Positions 9,301 to 19,332 of a stretch of 64,000 bases of DNA are shown piece by piece. Location: the NCBI GenBank assembly GCA_026413625.1, contig JAOAKO010000002.1, positions 6,623 through 70,622 on the forward strand, read 5' to 3'. The stretch comes from Candidatus Micrarchaeota archaeon. GTDB lineage: Archaea; Micrarchaeota; Micrarchaeia; CABMEP01. Each line of letters opens with the position of its first letter. Within the stretch, counting starts at the first letter, position 1. The translations under genes and the position numbers were made by a program. The notes beneath the pieces are model-generated. The model saw only the letters and a program-made list of their open reading frames with translations, was not told where the DNA came from and searched no databases.

Positions 9301-10509
9301 ATGGAGATAGATGACCTTAGGTTAGAGCAAGACATTGTTTCTTTTCTTAAAGCTAGGGACAAAGCCATGGAAACAAATGAAATATTGAAAGAATTTTCGA
9401 ATGTTCCGGCAGAAGAAGTCAAGGGAGCACTCGTAAGACTGAAAACAAAAAACAAACTAGAGGCAAGAAACATAGGAAAATTCGATTTTTGGTATGTTTT
9501 AGAGTCAGTCAAGCCTAAAAAAATATTGATAATCGAGGACGATAAAGACATCAACAATCTGATCCGCCTTAGCCTCGGAGAAGAGAATTATGAAATCAAA
9601 TCAGCTTATGACGGAGATGAGGGATTGAAAGAAATAAACATCTTCAAGCCAGATCTAGTCATTTTAGATTTGATGTTGCCTGGTACTGACGGATTAGAAA
9701 TTTGTAAAAAAATAAAGCTAAATGCTGAAACAAAAAATATAATCGTAGTCATAGTATCTGCCGCAGATGCGACAGTCAACAGATTTTTCGGAATTCAATA
9801 CGGTGCCGACTACTACATCAAAAAACCATTCGATCCAATGGAACTAAGGGCGCTTGTCAACATATTCCTGAACAAAAGCGGAGAGCTTTTTGATCCGTTA
9901 GTGGATCTGCCAGATGTGGAAAGATTAGTTAATAATCTGAAGATATACTTGAATGAAGAAAACAGCAAATTCGTCAAGTTAGAGATAGAAGGCATAGCTG
10001 AATATGAAAAAGTATACGGCGAGAAAGCAAAAATGAAACTAGTAAGGCTTATTTCTCAAATGACTCAAGACAAGATAGCGGATTTCAATGAAAAAATTTT
10101 CATCTCATATTTAGGCGATTCGTCATTCGTTCTAGTTTCAGAAAGCGACGTCATATACACTCTACTTTCAGAGCTCGAGGCAGAATTCAGAAGGGTAAAC
10201 CAATTTATAAAACAAAAACAGTTATCTAAATCACTGTATCAAAAATTAGAATCAACAAAAATAGAAAACGACCATCCAATAAGATTGGTATATTATGACA
10301 TAAATATTGACGCCTTCAAGAAGCAGTTTGAACAAACGATAATAAAAGATTATTCAGAAGAAGCAATCAAAGCAAACATCGCAGCGGTAAGAAACTATTC
10401 TCTAGACCAAATAAGAGCTTGCTTTGAGAATTCAAAGAATGTCGACATAACGATCAAAGAAGTGGGCGGAACCTTAAGAATAACCGCAGGAAAGGAAGGG
10501 AAAAGATAG
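9301..10509 (+). CDS. response regulator: wHTH, receiver, then degenerate GGDEF-like domain
   Basis: Receiver domain KKILIIEDDKDINNL...DLVILDLMLPGTDGLEICKKIK. The C-terminal domain follows the GGDEF layout (DPLVDLPDV..., YLGDSSF in place of RxGGDEF). Divergent from the histidine kinase. Confidence 0.65.
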   Translation: MEIDDLRLEQDIVSFLKARDKAMETNEILKEFSNVPAEEVKGALVRLKTKNKLEARNIGKFDFWYVLESVKPKKILIIEDDKDINNLIRLSLGEENYEIKSAYDGDEGLKEINIFKPDLVILDLMLPGTDGLEICKKIKLNAETKNIIVVIVSAADATVNRFFGIQYGADYYIKKPFDPMELRALVNIFLNKSGELFDPLVDLPDVERLVNNLKIYLNEENSKFVKLEIEGIAEYEKVYGEKAKMKLVRLISQMTQDKIADFNEKIFISYLGDSSFVLVSESDVIYTLLSELEAEFRRVNQFIKQKQLSKSLYQKLESTKIENDHPIRLVYYDINIDAFKKQFEQTIIKDYSEEAIKANIAAVRNYSLDQIRACFENSKNVDITIKEVGGTLRITAGKEGKR

Positions 10510-10511
10510 GA

Positions 10512-10835
10512 TCAACGAGAAAGGACTACAACATCTCCCTTTTCAATTTTCATTTTTTTAATAAAACCAGGTTCAGTCTCTAGGACATATCTGTACTTGC
10601 ATTTAGGTTTGATTATCTTAGGGCTGTCTACAAAATAAAATTCGTTAATCTTCATATTTCTATCAAGAAACAAAATTTCAAATTCAGGGCAGAAAAAGGA
10701 GTGGAACGGATAACAAACATCCTCATCAAAAACAAAAAGCAACCTGCTGCAAACATTTTTACAAAACATCAAACCCTTCATTTTTTCCTTTACATTCCTC
10801 AAAATTCTATATTTTTTAACTTTTATTCTTTTCAT
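10512..10835 (-). CDS. DUF192 (COG1430)-like protein
   Basis: ~107 aa with the YVLE...GD.V signature of DUF192. Confidence 0.4.
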   Translation of the reverse strand: MKRIKVKKYRILRNVKEKMKGLMFCKNVCSRLLFVFDEDVCYPFHSFFCPEFEILFLDRNMKINEFYFVDSPKIIKPKCKYRYVLETEPGFIKKMKIEKGDVVVLSR

Positions 10836-10960
10836 TTCATCACTTACCCACTATCTGATGCTAACGTTAAGTTTATATATACTACTGTTTATATTATAAT
10901 AGGCTAATTAAATTAAGGCGACTAAATTTCTTTAATCTTAAACTATCTTTTGGTGATCAA

Positions 10961-11611
10961 TTGGACACTAATGTTAAGACAGGAACTACAACGGTAGGTT
11001 TAGTTTGCACTGATGGAATAATAATCGCCGCAGAAAAAAGAGTTACTGCAGGCGGAATGGTCGTAATCTCAGAAGACATAGAAAAAGTAAGAACCCCTGA
11101 AAAGCACATCGCATTTGCAGCAGCGGGTTTGGCCGGAGATCTAGAGGCATTGGATAGAATACTTTCAGTAGAATTCAGGCTTTTTAGAATTAGGGAAGGA
11201 AGGCCGATTTCGGTTGATGCTGCAGTTTCATTCCTACAAAATCTGTTATACCAGTATAAATTCATGCCCTTTTACGTTGCTATAATAATAGGTGGTGTAG
11301 ATAAAGACGGAACACCAAAATTATACACATTAGATCCATCTGGTTCGGTGACACCTGTAAAAGACCACACAGCATATGGTGGAAGCGGCTGGTTTTCTGC
11401 ACAGGCAGTCTTAGACGACATTTATGAAAAGACATCAATAAACGAGGCAATTCCGATAGTGGCGAGAGCCATCAATGCTGCAAAGAAAAGGGACACTGCA
11501 TCCGGAGGAGGAATAGACATTGTGGCAATAACAAAAGACGGCATTAGAAAATTCAAACCTGAAGAAGTAGAAAAAATACTAGAAAAATCAAAAGAAAAAA
11601 AGAAGAAATAA
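10961..11611 (+). CDS. psmB: proteasome subunit beta
   Basis: Propeptide then G|TTTVGL with active-site Thr, and an Ntn-hydrolase beta-subunit pattern. Confidence 0.85.
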   Translation: MDTNVKTGTTTVGLVCTDGIIIAAEKRVTAGGMVVISEDIEKVRTPEKHIAFAAAGLAGDLEALDRILSVEFRLFRIREGRPISVDAAVSFLQNLLYQYKFMPFYVAIIIGGVDKDGTPKLYTLDPSGSVTPVKDHTAYGGSGWFSAQAVLDDIYEKTSINEAIPIVARAINAAKKRDTASGGGIDIVAITKDGIRKFKPEEVEKILEKSKEKKKK

Positions 11612-11656
11612 CAATTGATCCTATTCAACTATTTTAACTGTTTTAAAGTGTGAAAA

Positions 11657-13558
11657 ATGCAAAACTTACTTTCAGACATTACAAAGAAAATAGAACAGTT
11701 TATTCCAACTGGTTGCTCTATAGCAAAAATCGAAGCCGAAGGTCCAGATATTATTCTATATATAGATGATATAGAGAAATTTTATGCTGTAGACAATCCA
11801 GTTAAGGATATAGCGAACGCACTAAAGAAAAAAATAATCGTTAGGGCCGCACCCCAGCTTCTAATGAAGCCAGATGAAGCAAAGGAAACGATTTCAAAAC
11901 TGATCCAGGCAGAAGCGGGAGTCAATGAAATTAGATTTTCACCCGAATTTCACGAAGTATGGATAGAGGCTTACAAACCGGGCCTCGTAATCGGAAAAGG
12001 GGGAACAACCCTTAAAGAAATAATCAAGTCGACAGGGTGGGCGCCAAAGGTATTAAGAACTCCGACGCTACCTTCAGAAGTTGTTAAAAGCATTAGGTCA
12101 ACAATGCTAAAAGAGGCGGAATTAAGGAAGAAATTTTTACTTAAAACCGGAAAAAGAATATTTTCCAATGTAGAGAAAACCTCATGGATAAAAATAACTG
12201 CATTGGGAGGTTTTAAAGAAGTCGGAAGGTCATGCATATTCTTGGAGACATCAAACGATAAAATAGTGCTTGATGCGGGTCTTAAGTTCGAAGCAACAGA
12301 TACAGCAAAAGACTTTTATCCATACGTATCGACGCTAAATATTCCATTTGACGAGATCAATGCCATAGTGCTTTCGCACAGCCACTTAGACCATTGCGGC
12401 TTCATTCCATATTTCTTTGCAATGGGTTACGAGGGCCCCATCTATTGCACCCCTCCAAGCAGAGATCTCATGGCACTTTTGACATTCGATTATATAAAAG
12501 TCATGAAGAAACAGGGATTAACGCCCCTCTACGAAGAGAAAGACGTTAGAAAAGCGCTTTTACACTGCATAACCCGCGATTTCGGAGAAGTAACAGACAT
12601 AAGTCCGGAAATAAAACTAACCTTACACAATTCAGGCCACATATTGGGCAGTTCTGTAGTGCATCTGCACATTAGCGATGGTTTGCACAATTTAGTTTAT
12701 AGCGGCGATCTTAAGTTCAGCCACACTAAACTACTTAATCCGGCAGTAAACACATTTCCAAGGGTAGAAACATTAATATTAGAAAGCACTTACGGCGGGA
12801 AGGAAGATTTCCATCATCCACGGCCTCAAGCAGAGGAAAAAGTCATTAAAATCGTAACCGAGACAATAGCTAAGGGAGGAAAAGTTTTAATCCCCGTATT
12901 TTCAGTCGGCAGATCTCAAGATATAATGTTAGTATTCGAAGAATTTGCAAGAAGAAACCCAGATAAGGCAAATTTCAAAGTTTACATAGACGGAATGATT
13001 CTTGAAGCATCGGCAATACATACAGTATATCCGGAGTACTTAAAGGACAGCTTGCAGAGAATGATTTTAAGCGGGAAGAGCCCGTTCGAGTCGCCAATCT
13101 TTGAAGTGGTTAAAGGAAACCGTCAAGAAGTAATAGACGGAGAGCCGTGCGTAATACTCGCTCCTTCAGGTATGATGACTGGAGGTCCTTCAGTAGAGTA
13201 TTTCAAGGCATTGGCTGGCGATCCAAAGAATTCAATAATATTTGTCGGTTTCAATACGAATTATTCGCTGGGAAGAAAGATACAGAAAGGAGAGAAAGAA
13301 GTTGCTATAGTTGGCGAAGATGGTAGATTGGAAACAATTCAGGTAAAACTTAGAGTCGAAACGGCAGAAGGATTTAGCGGCCACAGCGATAGAAGGCAAC
13401 TCACAAACTATGTCAAATCAATGAAGCCGAAACCGTCGCTTGTTCTTATAGATCACGGCGAGCCTAAGAAATGCGAAGAGCTGGCGCATTCTCTCTCAAG
13501 GCTATTAGGCATAGATGTTAGGGCTCCAATGGACCTGGATTCTATCAGGCTAAAATAA
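11657..13558 (+). CDS. archaeal CPSF1/FttA (KH, metallo-beta-lactamase, beta-CASP ribonuclease)
   Basis: N-terminal KH domains (VIGKGGTTLKEII), MBL motif HSHLDHCG, beta-CASP region. ~633 aa as in aCPSF1. Confidence 0.85.
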   Translation: MQNLLSDITKKIEQFIPTGCSIAKIEAEGPDIILYIDDIEKFYAVDNPVKDIANALKKKIIVRAAPQLLMKPDEAKETISKLIQAEAGVNEIRFSPEFHEVWIEAYKPGLVIGKGGTTLKEIIKSTGWAPKVLRTPTLPSEVVKSIRSTMLKEAELRKKFLLKTGKRIFSNVEKTSWIKITALGGFKEVGRSCIFLETSNDKIVLDAGLKFEATDTAKDFYPYVSTLNIPFDEINAIVLSHSHLDHCGFIPYFFAMGYEGPIYCTPPSRDLMALLTFDYIKVMKKQGLTPLYEEKDVRKALLHCITRDFGEVTDISPEIKLTLHNSGHILGSSVVHLHISDGLHNLVYSGDLKFSHTKLLNPAVNTFPRVETLILESTYGGKEDFHHPRPQAEEKVIKIVTETIAKGGKVLIPVFSVGRSQDIMLVFEEFARRNPDKANFKVYIDGMILEASAIHTVYPEYLKDSLQRMILSGKSPFESPIFEVVKGNRQEVIDGEPCVILAPSGMMTGGPSVEYFKALAGDPKNSIIFVGFNTNYSLGRKIQKGEKEVAIVGEDGRLETIQVKLRVETAEGFSGHSDRRQLTNYVKSMKPKPSLVLIDHGEPKKCEELAHSLSRLLGIDVRAPMDLDSIRLK

Positions 13559-13593
13559 GTAAAATTTAAAAATAATATTCTCATTATAATCTT

Positions 13594-13827
13594 ATGAATA
13601 GGAATCTTAAAGGTCAACTCTCCATAGAGTTGATCATAATTCTTGCAATTTTGCTAGGAGTGGTTTTCCTAGTAGCTTCTAAGATGAGAGAATCCGCAAG
13701 CAAGGCAGCGGCATCCATAGACAATACAACTGAAAAGATCCATGAACAGATCGAACAGACAACAGAATCAACAGGAACGGCTGCACCAAGCACCCCACAT
13801 GATATAGGGCACTTTGTTTCACTATAG
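13594..13827 (+). CDS. archaeal type IV pilin-like protein (class III signal peptide)
   Basis: N-terminus LKGQLSIELIIILAIL: a KG|Q cleavage motif followed by a hydrophobic helix. Confidence 0.6.
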   Translation: MNRNLKGQLSIELIIILAILLGVVFLVASKMRESASKAAASIDNTTEKIHEQIEQTTESTGTAAPSTPHDIGHFVSL

Positions 13828-13840
13828 TCCGTGGTGGCTA

Positions 13841-14254
13841 ATGGATGGATTTTTTCAAAGCAAGAAAGGACAGCTATCCATAGAGTTCATTTTAATTTTC
13901 GCTATTTTTCTCTCGGTATTACTTATATTCATAGGGCAGTTTAACAAAATAAAAGACAGAGCCCAAACAGACATACAGAAAAACCTGGTCAGAAAAACTT
14001 CTATAGACATCGAAAATGCAATAAACTCAATTTGCATTTTGGGGGACAATAACATCCGCGAGCTAGATTTTTATTTCTTGGAGAAAACATTCCTAATGAA
14101 AGAAAACGACAGACTAATACTTGCGTCTGATTCAGCAAACGTCACACTGTCTACCAAATGTACGGTTCAGTTTTCATCTCCGCTCGAATTGAACAAAAAA
14201 ATAAAAATAGAAGGAAAAGACAGCACGGTAAAGATATACGCTAAAGACTCATAA
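13841..14254 (+). CDS. archaeal type IV pilin-like protein (class III signal peptide)
   Basis: From the internal Met: MDGFFQSKKGQLSIEFILIFAIFL. Second pilin paralog directly downstream of the first. Confidence 0.55.
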   Translation: MDGFFQSKKGQLSIEFILIFAIFLSVLLIFIGQFNKIKDRAQTDIQKNLVRKTSIDIENAINSICILGDNNIRELDFYFLEKTFLMKENDRLILASDSANVTLSTKCTVQFSSPLELNKKIKIEGKDSTVKIYAKDS

Positions 14255-14776
14255 CCCTAGCATCGAGGCAATAGTTTCTGGATTAAAAATAGACAAATTG
14301 CTTATATCGCCTATTGCTCCAGAAACGACAAGTGACACAAGGTACACGACAGAAGCAACTAAAATCGCCACTGCAACATTTCCTTTCTTTATTTCACCCA
14401 ATTCATCGATGCCTACAGTCATAGAGTCAAGTATTCTTATTGCAATATATATGGTGAGTATTGCTATTAAAATGACAATCCCAAGGTGTACAATCGCTAA
14501 TATGAATGAAACAATAAACAATGGGAGCGACACCCCTTTGAGGAGTATATTGTCAAACTGTTTCACTCCCTGCTGCACAATATTACCTATAGACAATATC
14601 AAAGCTGCAAGTATTATCGCAACAGCAGGATTTCCTCTTTTGAGCTCCTTGATTTCATCGATACCTTTTGTCATTTTGTCATAAAACCTTAAACCTAAAT
14701 ATACGGAAAGAATCGCAAACAATATTCCAATGAAAATTTGAAGTAAGAACACTATTACTGAAAAACCAATATCCAT
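14249..14776 (-). CDS. DUF350-like membrane protein (internally duplicated)
   Basis: Two repeats of TM helices each containing ...GIDE(I/L)(K/G)E(L/I)K(R/K)GN(P/V)AVAI..., as in the YjfL/DUF350 family. Confidence 0.5.
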   Translation of the reverse strand: MDIGFSVIVFLLQIFIGILFAILSVYLGLRFYDKMTKGIDEIKELKRGNPAVAIILAALILSIGNIVQQGVKQFDNILLKGVSLPLFIVSFILAIVHLGIVILIAILTIYIAIRILDSMTVGIDELGEIKKGNVAVAILVASVVYLVSLVVSGAIGDISNLSIFNPETIASMLGL

Positions 14777-14859
14777 AACCTCACCTTTTATATTCCTATA
14801 CTGTAATACTTTTATAGGAATATATTTTTATTTCTTTCAGATGCACGAAGGTAGATTAA

Positions 14860-16023
14860 ATGTTAATAGGCATAACTGGAAAGCCATCAAGCGGGAAATC
14901 AACGTTCTTTTCAGCTGCAACTTTAATAGACGTTCCAATAAGTCCGCGTCCATTCACAACTATAGATCCAAACAAAGGTGTAACATACGTTCAAATAGAT
15001 TGTCCGTGCAAAAGTTTAGGTGTGCACTGCAATCCCAAGAATGGAAAATGCGAAAACGGCAAAAGATTCGTTCCAATTAATCTTTTGGACATCGCCGGCT
15101 TGGTGCCGGGGGCGCACAAAGGCAAAGGTTTGGGCAACAGATTCTTAGACGATATAAGGTCGGCAGACGTGCTTATACAGGTAGTCGACGCAAGCGGAAA
15201 AACAGACTCGGAAGGAAACCCAACAGACAATTTTGATCCTGCCGAAGAAATAATCTTCCTTGAGGAAGAAATATCCTATTGGATCGAAGGAATAATATTG
15301 CGAGGCTGGAATAAGGTTAAAGGAAGAGACATCAAATCCCTTTATGATATACTTACAGGTTTGAATATTTCAGAGTCGGAAATAGAACGAGTCGCCAAAA
15401 ATCTTTCTCTCCCATTAGAGCGAATAAATTGGACTGAAGAGCAGATATCTTTATTCAGCAGAAACATTAAGAAAGAAGTAATGCCAATCATAGTCGCTGC
15501 AAATAAAATAGATTTACCTGGGGCAAGAGAAAATTTTACCAGACTGAGGGAAAAGTTCCCAGATAAATTAATAATAGGAACGTATGCGGACGGGGAGCTC
15601 GCATTGAGAAAGGCAGCAAAAAACAACATAGTCAAATATACGCCCGGCGAAAGGAGTTTTGAAATAATAAATGCGAACGATCAGCAGAAGAAAGCACTTG
15701 AAAAAATCAAAAAAGTGTTGGACGAAAACGGTGGAACAGGCGTTCAAGAAATAATAGACAAGGCAGTATTCGAATTTCTAGGTTTGATTGTTGTGTTTCC
15801 TGTGAGTGACGAGCATAAATATTCCGACAACTTCGGAAACGTTCTTCCCGATGCGATACTGGTAAAGAAAGGAACGACAGCAATTCAACTTGCAGGAAAG
15901 ATACACTCAGACCTCGCTAAAACCTTTCTTTATGCGATAGATGCAAAAAGGAAACTGAGAATAGGTAAAGACCAAATTCTCAACAACGGAGACATTATAA
16001 AAATAGTTTCCGCATCGAAATAA
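14860..16023 (+). CDS. Obg-family GTPase, YchF/Ygr210-like, with C-terminal TGS domain
   Basis: G1 GKPSSGKST, G3 DIAGLV, and G4 NKID; TGS-like C-terminus. Confidence 0.75.
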   Translation: MLIGITGKPSSGKSTFFSAATLIDVPISPRPFTTIDPNKGVTYVQIDCPCKSLGVHCNPKNGKCENGKRFVPINLLDIAGLVPGAHKGKGLGNRFLDDIRSADVLIQVVDASGKTDSEGNPTDNFDPAEEIIFLEEEISYWIEGIILRGWNKVKGRDIKSLYDILTGLNISESEIERVAKNLSLPLERINWTEEQISLFSRNIKKEVMPIIVAANKIDLPGARENFTRLREKFPDKLIIGTYADGELALRKAAKNNIVKYTPGERSFEIINANDQQKKALEKIKKVLDENGGTGVQEIIDKAVFEFLGLIVVFPVSDEHKYSDNFGNVLPDAILVKKGTTAIQLAGKIHSDLAKTFLYAIDAKRKLRIGKDQILNNGDIIKIVSASK

Positions 16024-16024
16024 G

Positions 16025-16339
16025 CTATAATCTATATATCTGAATATGCGGCACCTTTTCCTTTCCTATCAGTCTACAATTTTTCACATCGAATCCTTTC
16101 TTTTCAATGAACTCTACCGACAATTTTCCGACGACATTTATAACTGCCGCTTCCTTGAGTTTGAGATCGATGTCCTCAATTTTTTCCAATTCCTCGCCCA
16201 AATAGAATTTCCTATATTTATCTAAATCAAGACAAATTTTGCCGTCAGTGTATTTTTTTCCTATTAAGGAAGAGTCACATACGGCGATTATGGTCCATTT
16301 GCCTTTTTTCATTATGTTGATCAATATTCTATTTTCCAT
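16025..16339 (-). CDS. hypothetical protein (possibly DUF424-like)
   Basis: 104 aa ORF tightly packed after the GTPase. Weak resemblance to archaeal DUF424 only. Confidence 0.3.
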   Translation of the reverse strand: MENRILINIMKKGKWTIIAVCDSSLIGKKYTDGKICLDLDKYRKFYLGEELEKIEDIDLKLKEAAVINVVGKLSVEFIEKKGFDVKNCRLIGKEKVPHIQIYRL

Positions 16340-16349
16340 TGAGAGACAC

Positions 16350-17042
16350 CTAACTTAACTTCGATATCAATTCATTTTCACCCATAAATCCATAGTACAC
16401 CTTTTCATTAATAACAATTGCAGGAAGCCGCCCTGAATCAATCCGGTATTTGCTTATCAAAGCTCTGTTTAAAGTAGAGTTTATAGCAAGATCGAACGTA
16501 TACACTTTTGTATTGGTTTTCATTCTTACGGAAGTTATAATTTCACCCTGCTGCCTGCACAGCCTGCACTCGTCGCTATTAACAAAATAAAGGATTAAAT
16601 TTCGAGTGTCTCCACAAATCTGCTTAACTTTTTTATTAAGCAAGTAATCTCTCAGTTCAAGCTCCATATAATTCGCCTTTATGTAATCATCGGCCCCTCT
16701 CTTTTCTTCCATAAATTCGATCTGCTTTCCCAATTCATATGTTTCTTCCCAGAATTTAGAGAGTTCATTATTAAGATATTCGCAATATTCGCTTTCATTT
16801 TCTAAAAGAGTCAGCACACTCAAAGTGGCAAGCTTATTTCCTATGGCTTGTATTCTTTCGTTCATCTGTTCGGATACTGTTTTTTCAATTTGCAGTCCAA
16901 ACCAGATTCCAACGCTAAAAATAACCAATGAGATTATAAATGCAGCTAAGTATATGTTCCAACTTATCTTTCTTTCTATCTTTTTTAGAACCATAATATC
17001 ACCATCTCTGCTTCTCCCCTTTAAGCTCTTTAAATATGGCAA
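16350..17042 (-). CDS. membrane-anchored thioredoxin-fold protein (CxxC)
   Basis: N-terminal TM (IYLAAFIISLVIFSVGIWF). The C-terminal region has CRLC followed by LPAIVIN, which looks like the cis-Pro loop of a thioredoxin fold. Overlaps the upstream GT2 gene by 44 nt. Start may be the Met at 16994. Confidence 0.4.
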   Translation of the reverse strand: MPYLKSLKGRSRDGDIMVLKKIERKISWNIYLAAFIISLVIFSVGIWFGLQIEKTVSEQMNERIQAIGNKLATLSVLTLLENESEYCEYLNNELSKFWEETYELGKQIEFMEEKRGADDYIKANYMELELRDYLLNKKVKQICGDTRNLILYFVNSDECRLCRQQGEIITSVRMKTNTKVYTFDLAINSTLNRALISKYRIDSGRLPAIVINEKVYYGFMGENELISKLS

Positions 17043-18180
17043 TGAACATAAATAAAGTTATCAAGTAACAGTATAGGAGCGTGTAAATAAGAAGGTATCT
17101 CTTTCTTATCCTGCTCTCTTTCATTTCTTTGAGCGCCAAAACAGTCCAGAACAAAGTAATCGCCAAAACTATGACGGATAAAATATGGATGGGCTCTACT
17201 GTCAGAAGGAATTTGTCTAAAACTAAGAAATTACCTTTAGAAACTGCGGTGGCGACTGCCATGGAAACAACAACCAAAAGCACTATCGATAGTATGCTGT
17301 ATAGCATCACAAACATTCCGAAATCTCCGTATTTAGGGTTTACGGTATAGCGATATTTGAGGATGTTTCTAAATCCTCCCCTGTGCCACCGTTCACGCTG
17401 TCTCATAAATGAAGAGAAATCCTTCGGAACGTCCGTATATACAACAGCGTCCATGCAGCTCTCTATTTTGTAATTAGCGGCCTGTATTCTTAGCGCTATT
17501 TCCTGGTCTTCCATAATGTTATTCGGATCAAAACCCCCCACTTCATCAAAAATTTCCCTTCTGAATGCACTGAAGGGACCGGGAGTTACATAAACTCCGT
17601 TGATCATGGCGAAGAGCCTTCTGTTGAATATCGTAAACAAATATTCGAGCCTCTGAAGCTTTTCCAGAAAAGTCATATTCTCTCTTTCCCTTACTTTAAC
17701 TGCAGATGTAACCGCAGCCACGTCTTCTTTAAAGTAGGCGAGCATTTTTCTGAGGCTGTCCTTTTCAATATAAGAATCAGCATCCAGCGTCACGATTATC
17801 TCTCCTTTAGCCTCCTTTATCCCCCTATTCAACGAGTCAGCCTTCCCGCTATTTTGCTTGTTTATCAATCTAACTCTCTTATCTTTTATAGACTTTACAA
17901 CTTCTGCGGTTTTATCTTTAGAGCCGTCGTTAACAACGATGACCTCTAATTTATTTTTAGGATAATCGGAATTTAAGACAGACTTTATAGTTTCCAATAT
18001 GGTATTTTCTTCATTGTAAGCCGGAATTACGAAACTGACCGTGGGTTCAAATCTCGTTGTTTTGGGGATTTCTCTAACTTTTTGACGGTTTTTCAAATAT
18101 ATCAGTAGCATAGTTGTTGTAAAGAAAAGCACCAAGAACATCATTATATATTCTATTATTCTAGTTGGAGAAAGATCCAT
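16999..18180 (-). CDS. processive family-2 glycosyltransferase (cellulose/chitin/PNAG-synthase-like; DxD and QxxRW)
   Basis: N-terminal TM, GT-A core VSFVIPAYNEE...VIVVNDGSKD...TLDADS, the QRERW (QxxRW) motif, and C-terminal TM helices. Confidence 0.7.
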   Translation of the reverse strand: MDLSPTRIIEYIMMFLVLFFTTTMLLIYLKNRQKVREIPKTTRFEPTVSFVIPAYNEENTILETIKSVLNSDYPKNKLEVIVVNDGSKDKTAEVVKSIKDKRVRLINKQNSGKADSLNRGIKEAKGEIIVTLDADSYIEKDSLRKMLAYFKEDVAAVTSAVKVRERENMTFLEKLQRLEYLFTIFNRRLFAMINGVYVTPGPFSAFRREIFDEVGGFDPNNIMEDQEIALRIQAANYKIESCMDAVVYTDVPKDFSSFMRQRERWHRGGFRNILKYRYTVNPKYGDFGMFVMLYSILSIVLLVVVSMAVATAVSKGNFLVLDKFLLTVEPIHILSVIVLAITLFWTVLALKEMKESRIRKRYLLIYTLLYCYLITLFMFIAIFKELKGEKQRW

Positions 18181-18189
18181 CGAATCATC

Positions 18190-19332
18190 TTATATTCTTT
18201 TAACATCCAAAAGCTCTCGAAGCGCGCTGGTTGCATACGCACCTTTTGTAAGATTGAATTCCAATACGTAATCTTTATCTTTACTAATATTTAAATCCTT
18301 TACATTTACTAACAGAGGCCTCCAAGAACCCCTACATCCTACTTCGGGGAAATCCCTGACTTTAAAATCACCTATTTCAATTCCTTCCTTCCACAATATA
18401 TCCAACGCTATCTCATTCGGCCTGCTGTCATAGCCTATAATCTGAATACACGTTACTTTATTTCCGCCAACATCTACATCAACATACCCGTATTTGTTGA
18501 AATCGCAAGTCTTATCATTTTCAATCGGATCTAAGAGCTTGTTTTTAATTCTATAGCTTAACTCAAGATTAAAAAGATATGACTGGTAGGCTTCTATTAT
18601 TATCTTCAAAATTTTAGAAGGAATTAATTTAACCGCCTTTTTAAAGCGCTCTTTATCATTATTAGCTCTAATATATTCACTGATTCTATTTTCATAATAA
18701 CCAAGTTCGGTTGATTCATTTTCAGATGCCAACAATCCATTAACAGCCCCCTCATAATCTTTCAGAAGGATTCTTTTTCCGATTTCTGCATTGCTGAACC
18801 TTGAACCAAATCTCTGCGGCCCAAAATAATTAGGTACAAAACCATTCGTGTCCTTCAATATCTCATAGATGCGATCTATGTCCTCCACATCCTGCAAAGT
18901 TATTTGAAATTTATTTCCTGTAAGAAAACCAGTCGCAATTCTATTTTTAGTTTCCCAGATCTTAACAATCCTTATCCTTCTCAACTTGCTATTGACTCCG
19001 ATGAAATCTTCTTTTGTCAAGGAATCCTTTCTACAAGAAACAAGCTGGAAAGTGACAGCGTTTTTATCTTTTTGTCCTGCAACGCTAAACCTTTCAGGTT
19101 TAATCCCTAAACTTTTAGCTAACATTCTTACAGCATCTAAAGTAGTAACCCCGTTTTTGTACAATATGAATGTAAAATAATCTCCGGCTTCATCTAGCCG
19201 CTTCAATTTATTTATGGGCGTTCCGTCAAATATCTCCTCTACTATAAAGCATTCGTTTCCATCTTTTCTCTTTCCGCCGCATCCCTTTAGCTTGGAAAGA
19301 TGAGACAATTTATCAAACATAATATCACTCAT
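18190..19332 (-). CDS. truD: tRNA pseudouridine(13) synthase TruD
   Basis: TruD catalytic motif FSVAGQKDKNAVTFQ (GxKD), and ~380 aa archaeal TruD length. Confidence 0.65.
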   Translation of the reverse strand: MSDIMFDKLSHLSKLKGCGGKRKDGNECFIVEEIFDGTPINKLKRLDEAGDYFTFILYKNGVTTLDAVRMLAKSLGIKPERFSVAGQKDKNAVTFQLVSCRKDSLTKEDFIGVNSKLRRIRIVKIWETKNRIATGFLTGNKFQITLQDVEDIDRIYEILKDTNGFVPNYFGPQRFGSRFSNAEIGKRILLKDYEGAVNGLLASENESTELGYYENRISEYIRANNDKERFKKAVKLIPSKILKIIIEAYQSYLFNLELSYRIKNKLLDPIENDKTCDFNKYGYVDVDVGGNKVTCIQIIGYDSRPNEIALDILWKEGIEIGDFKVRDFPEVGCRGSWRPLLVNVKDLNISKDKDYVLEFNLTKGAYATSALRELLDVKRI

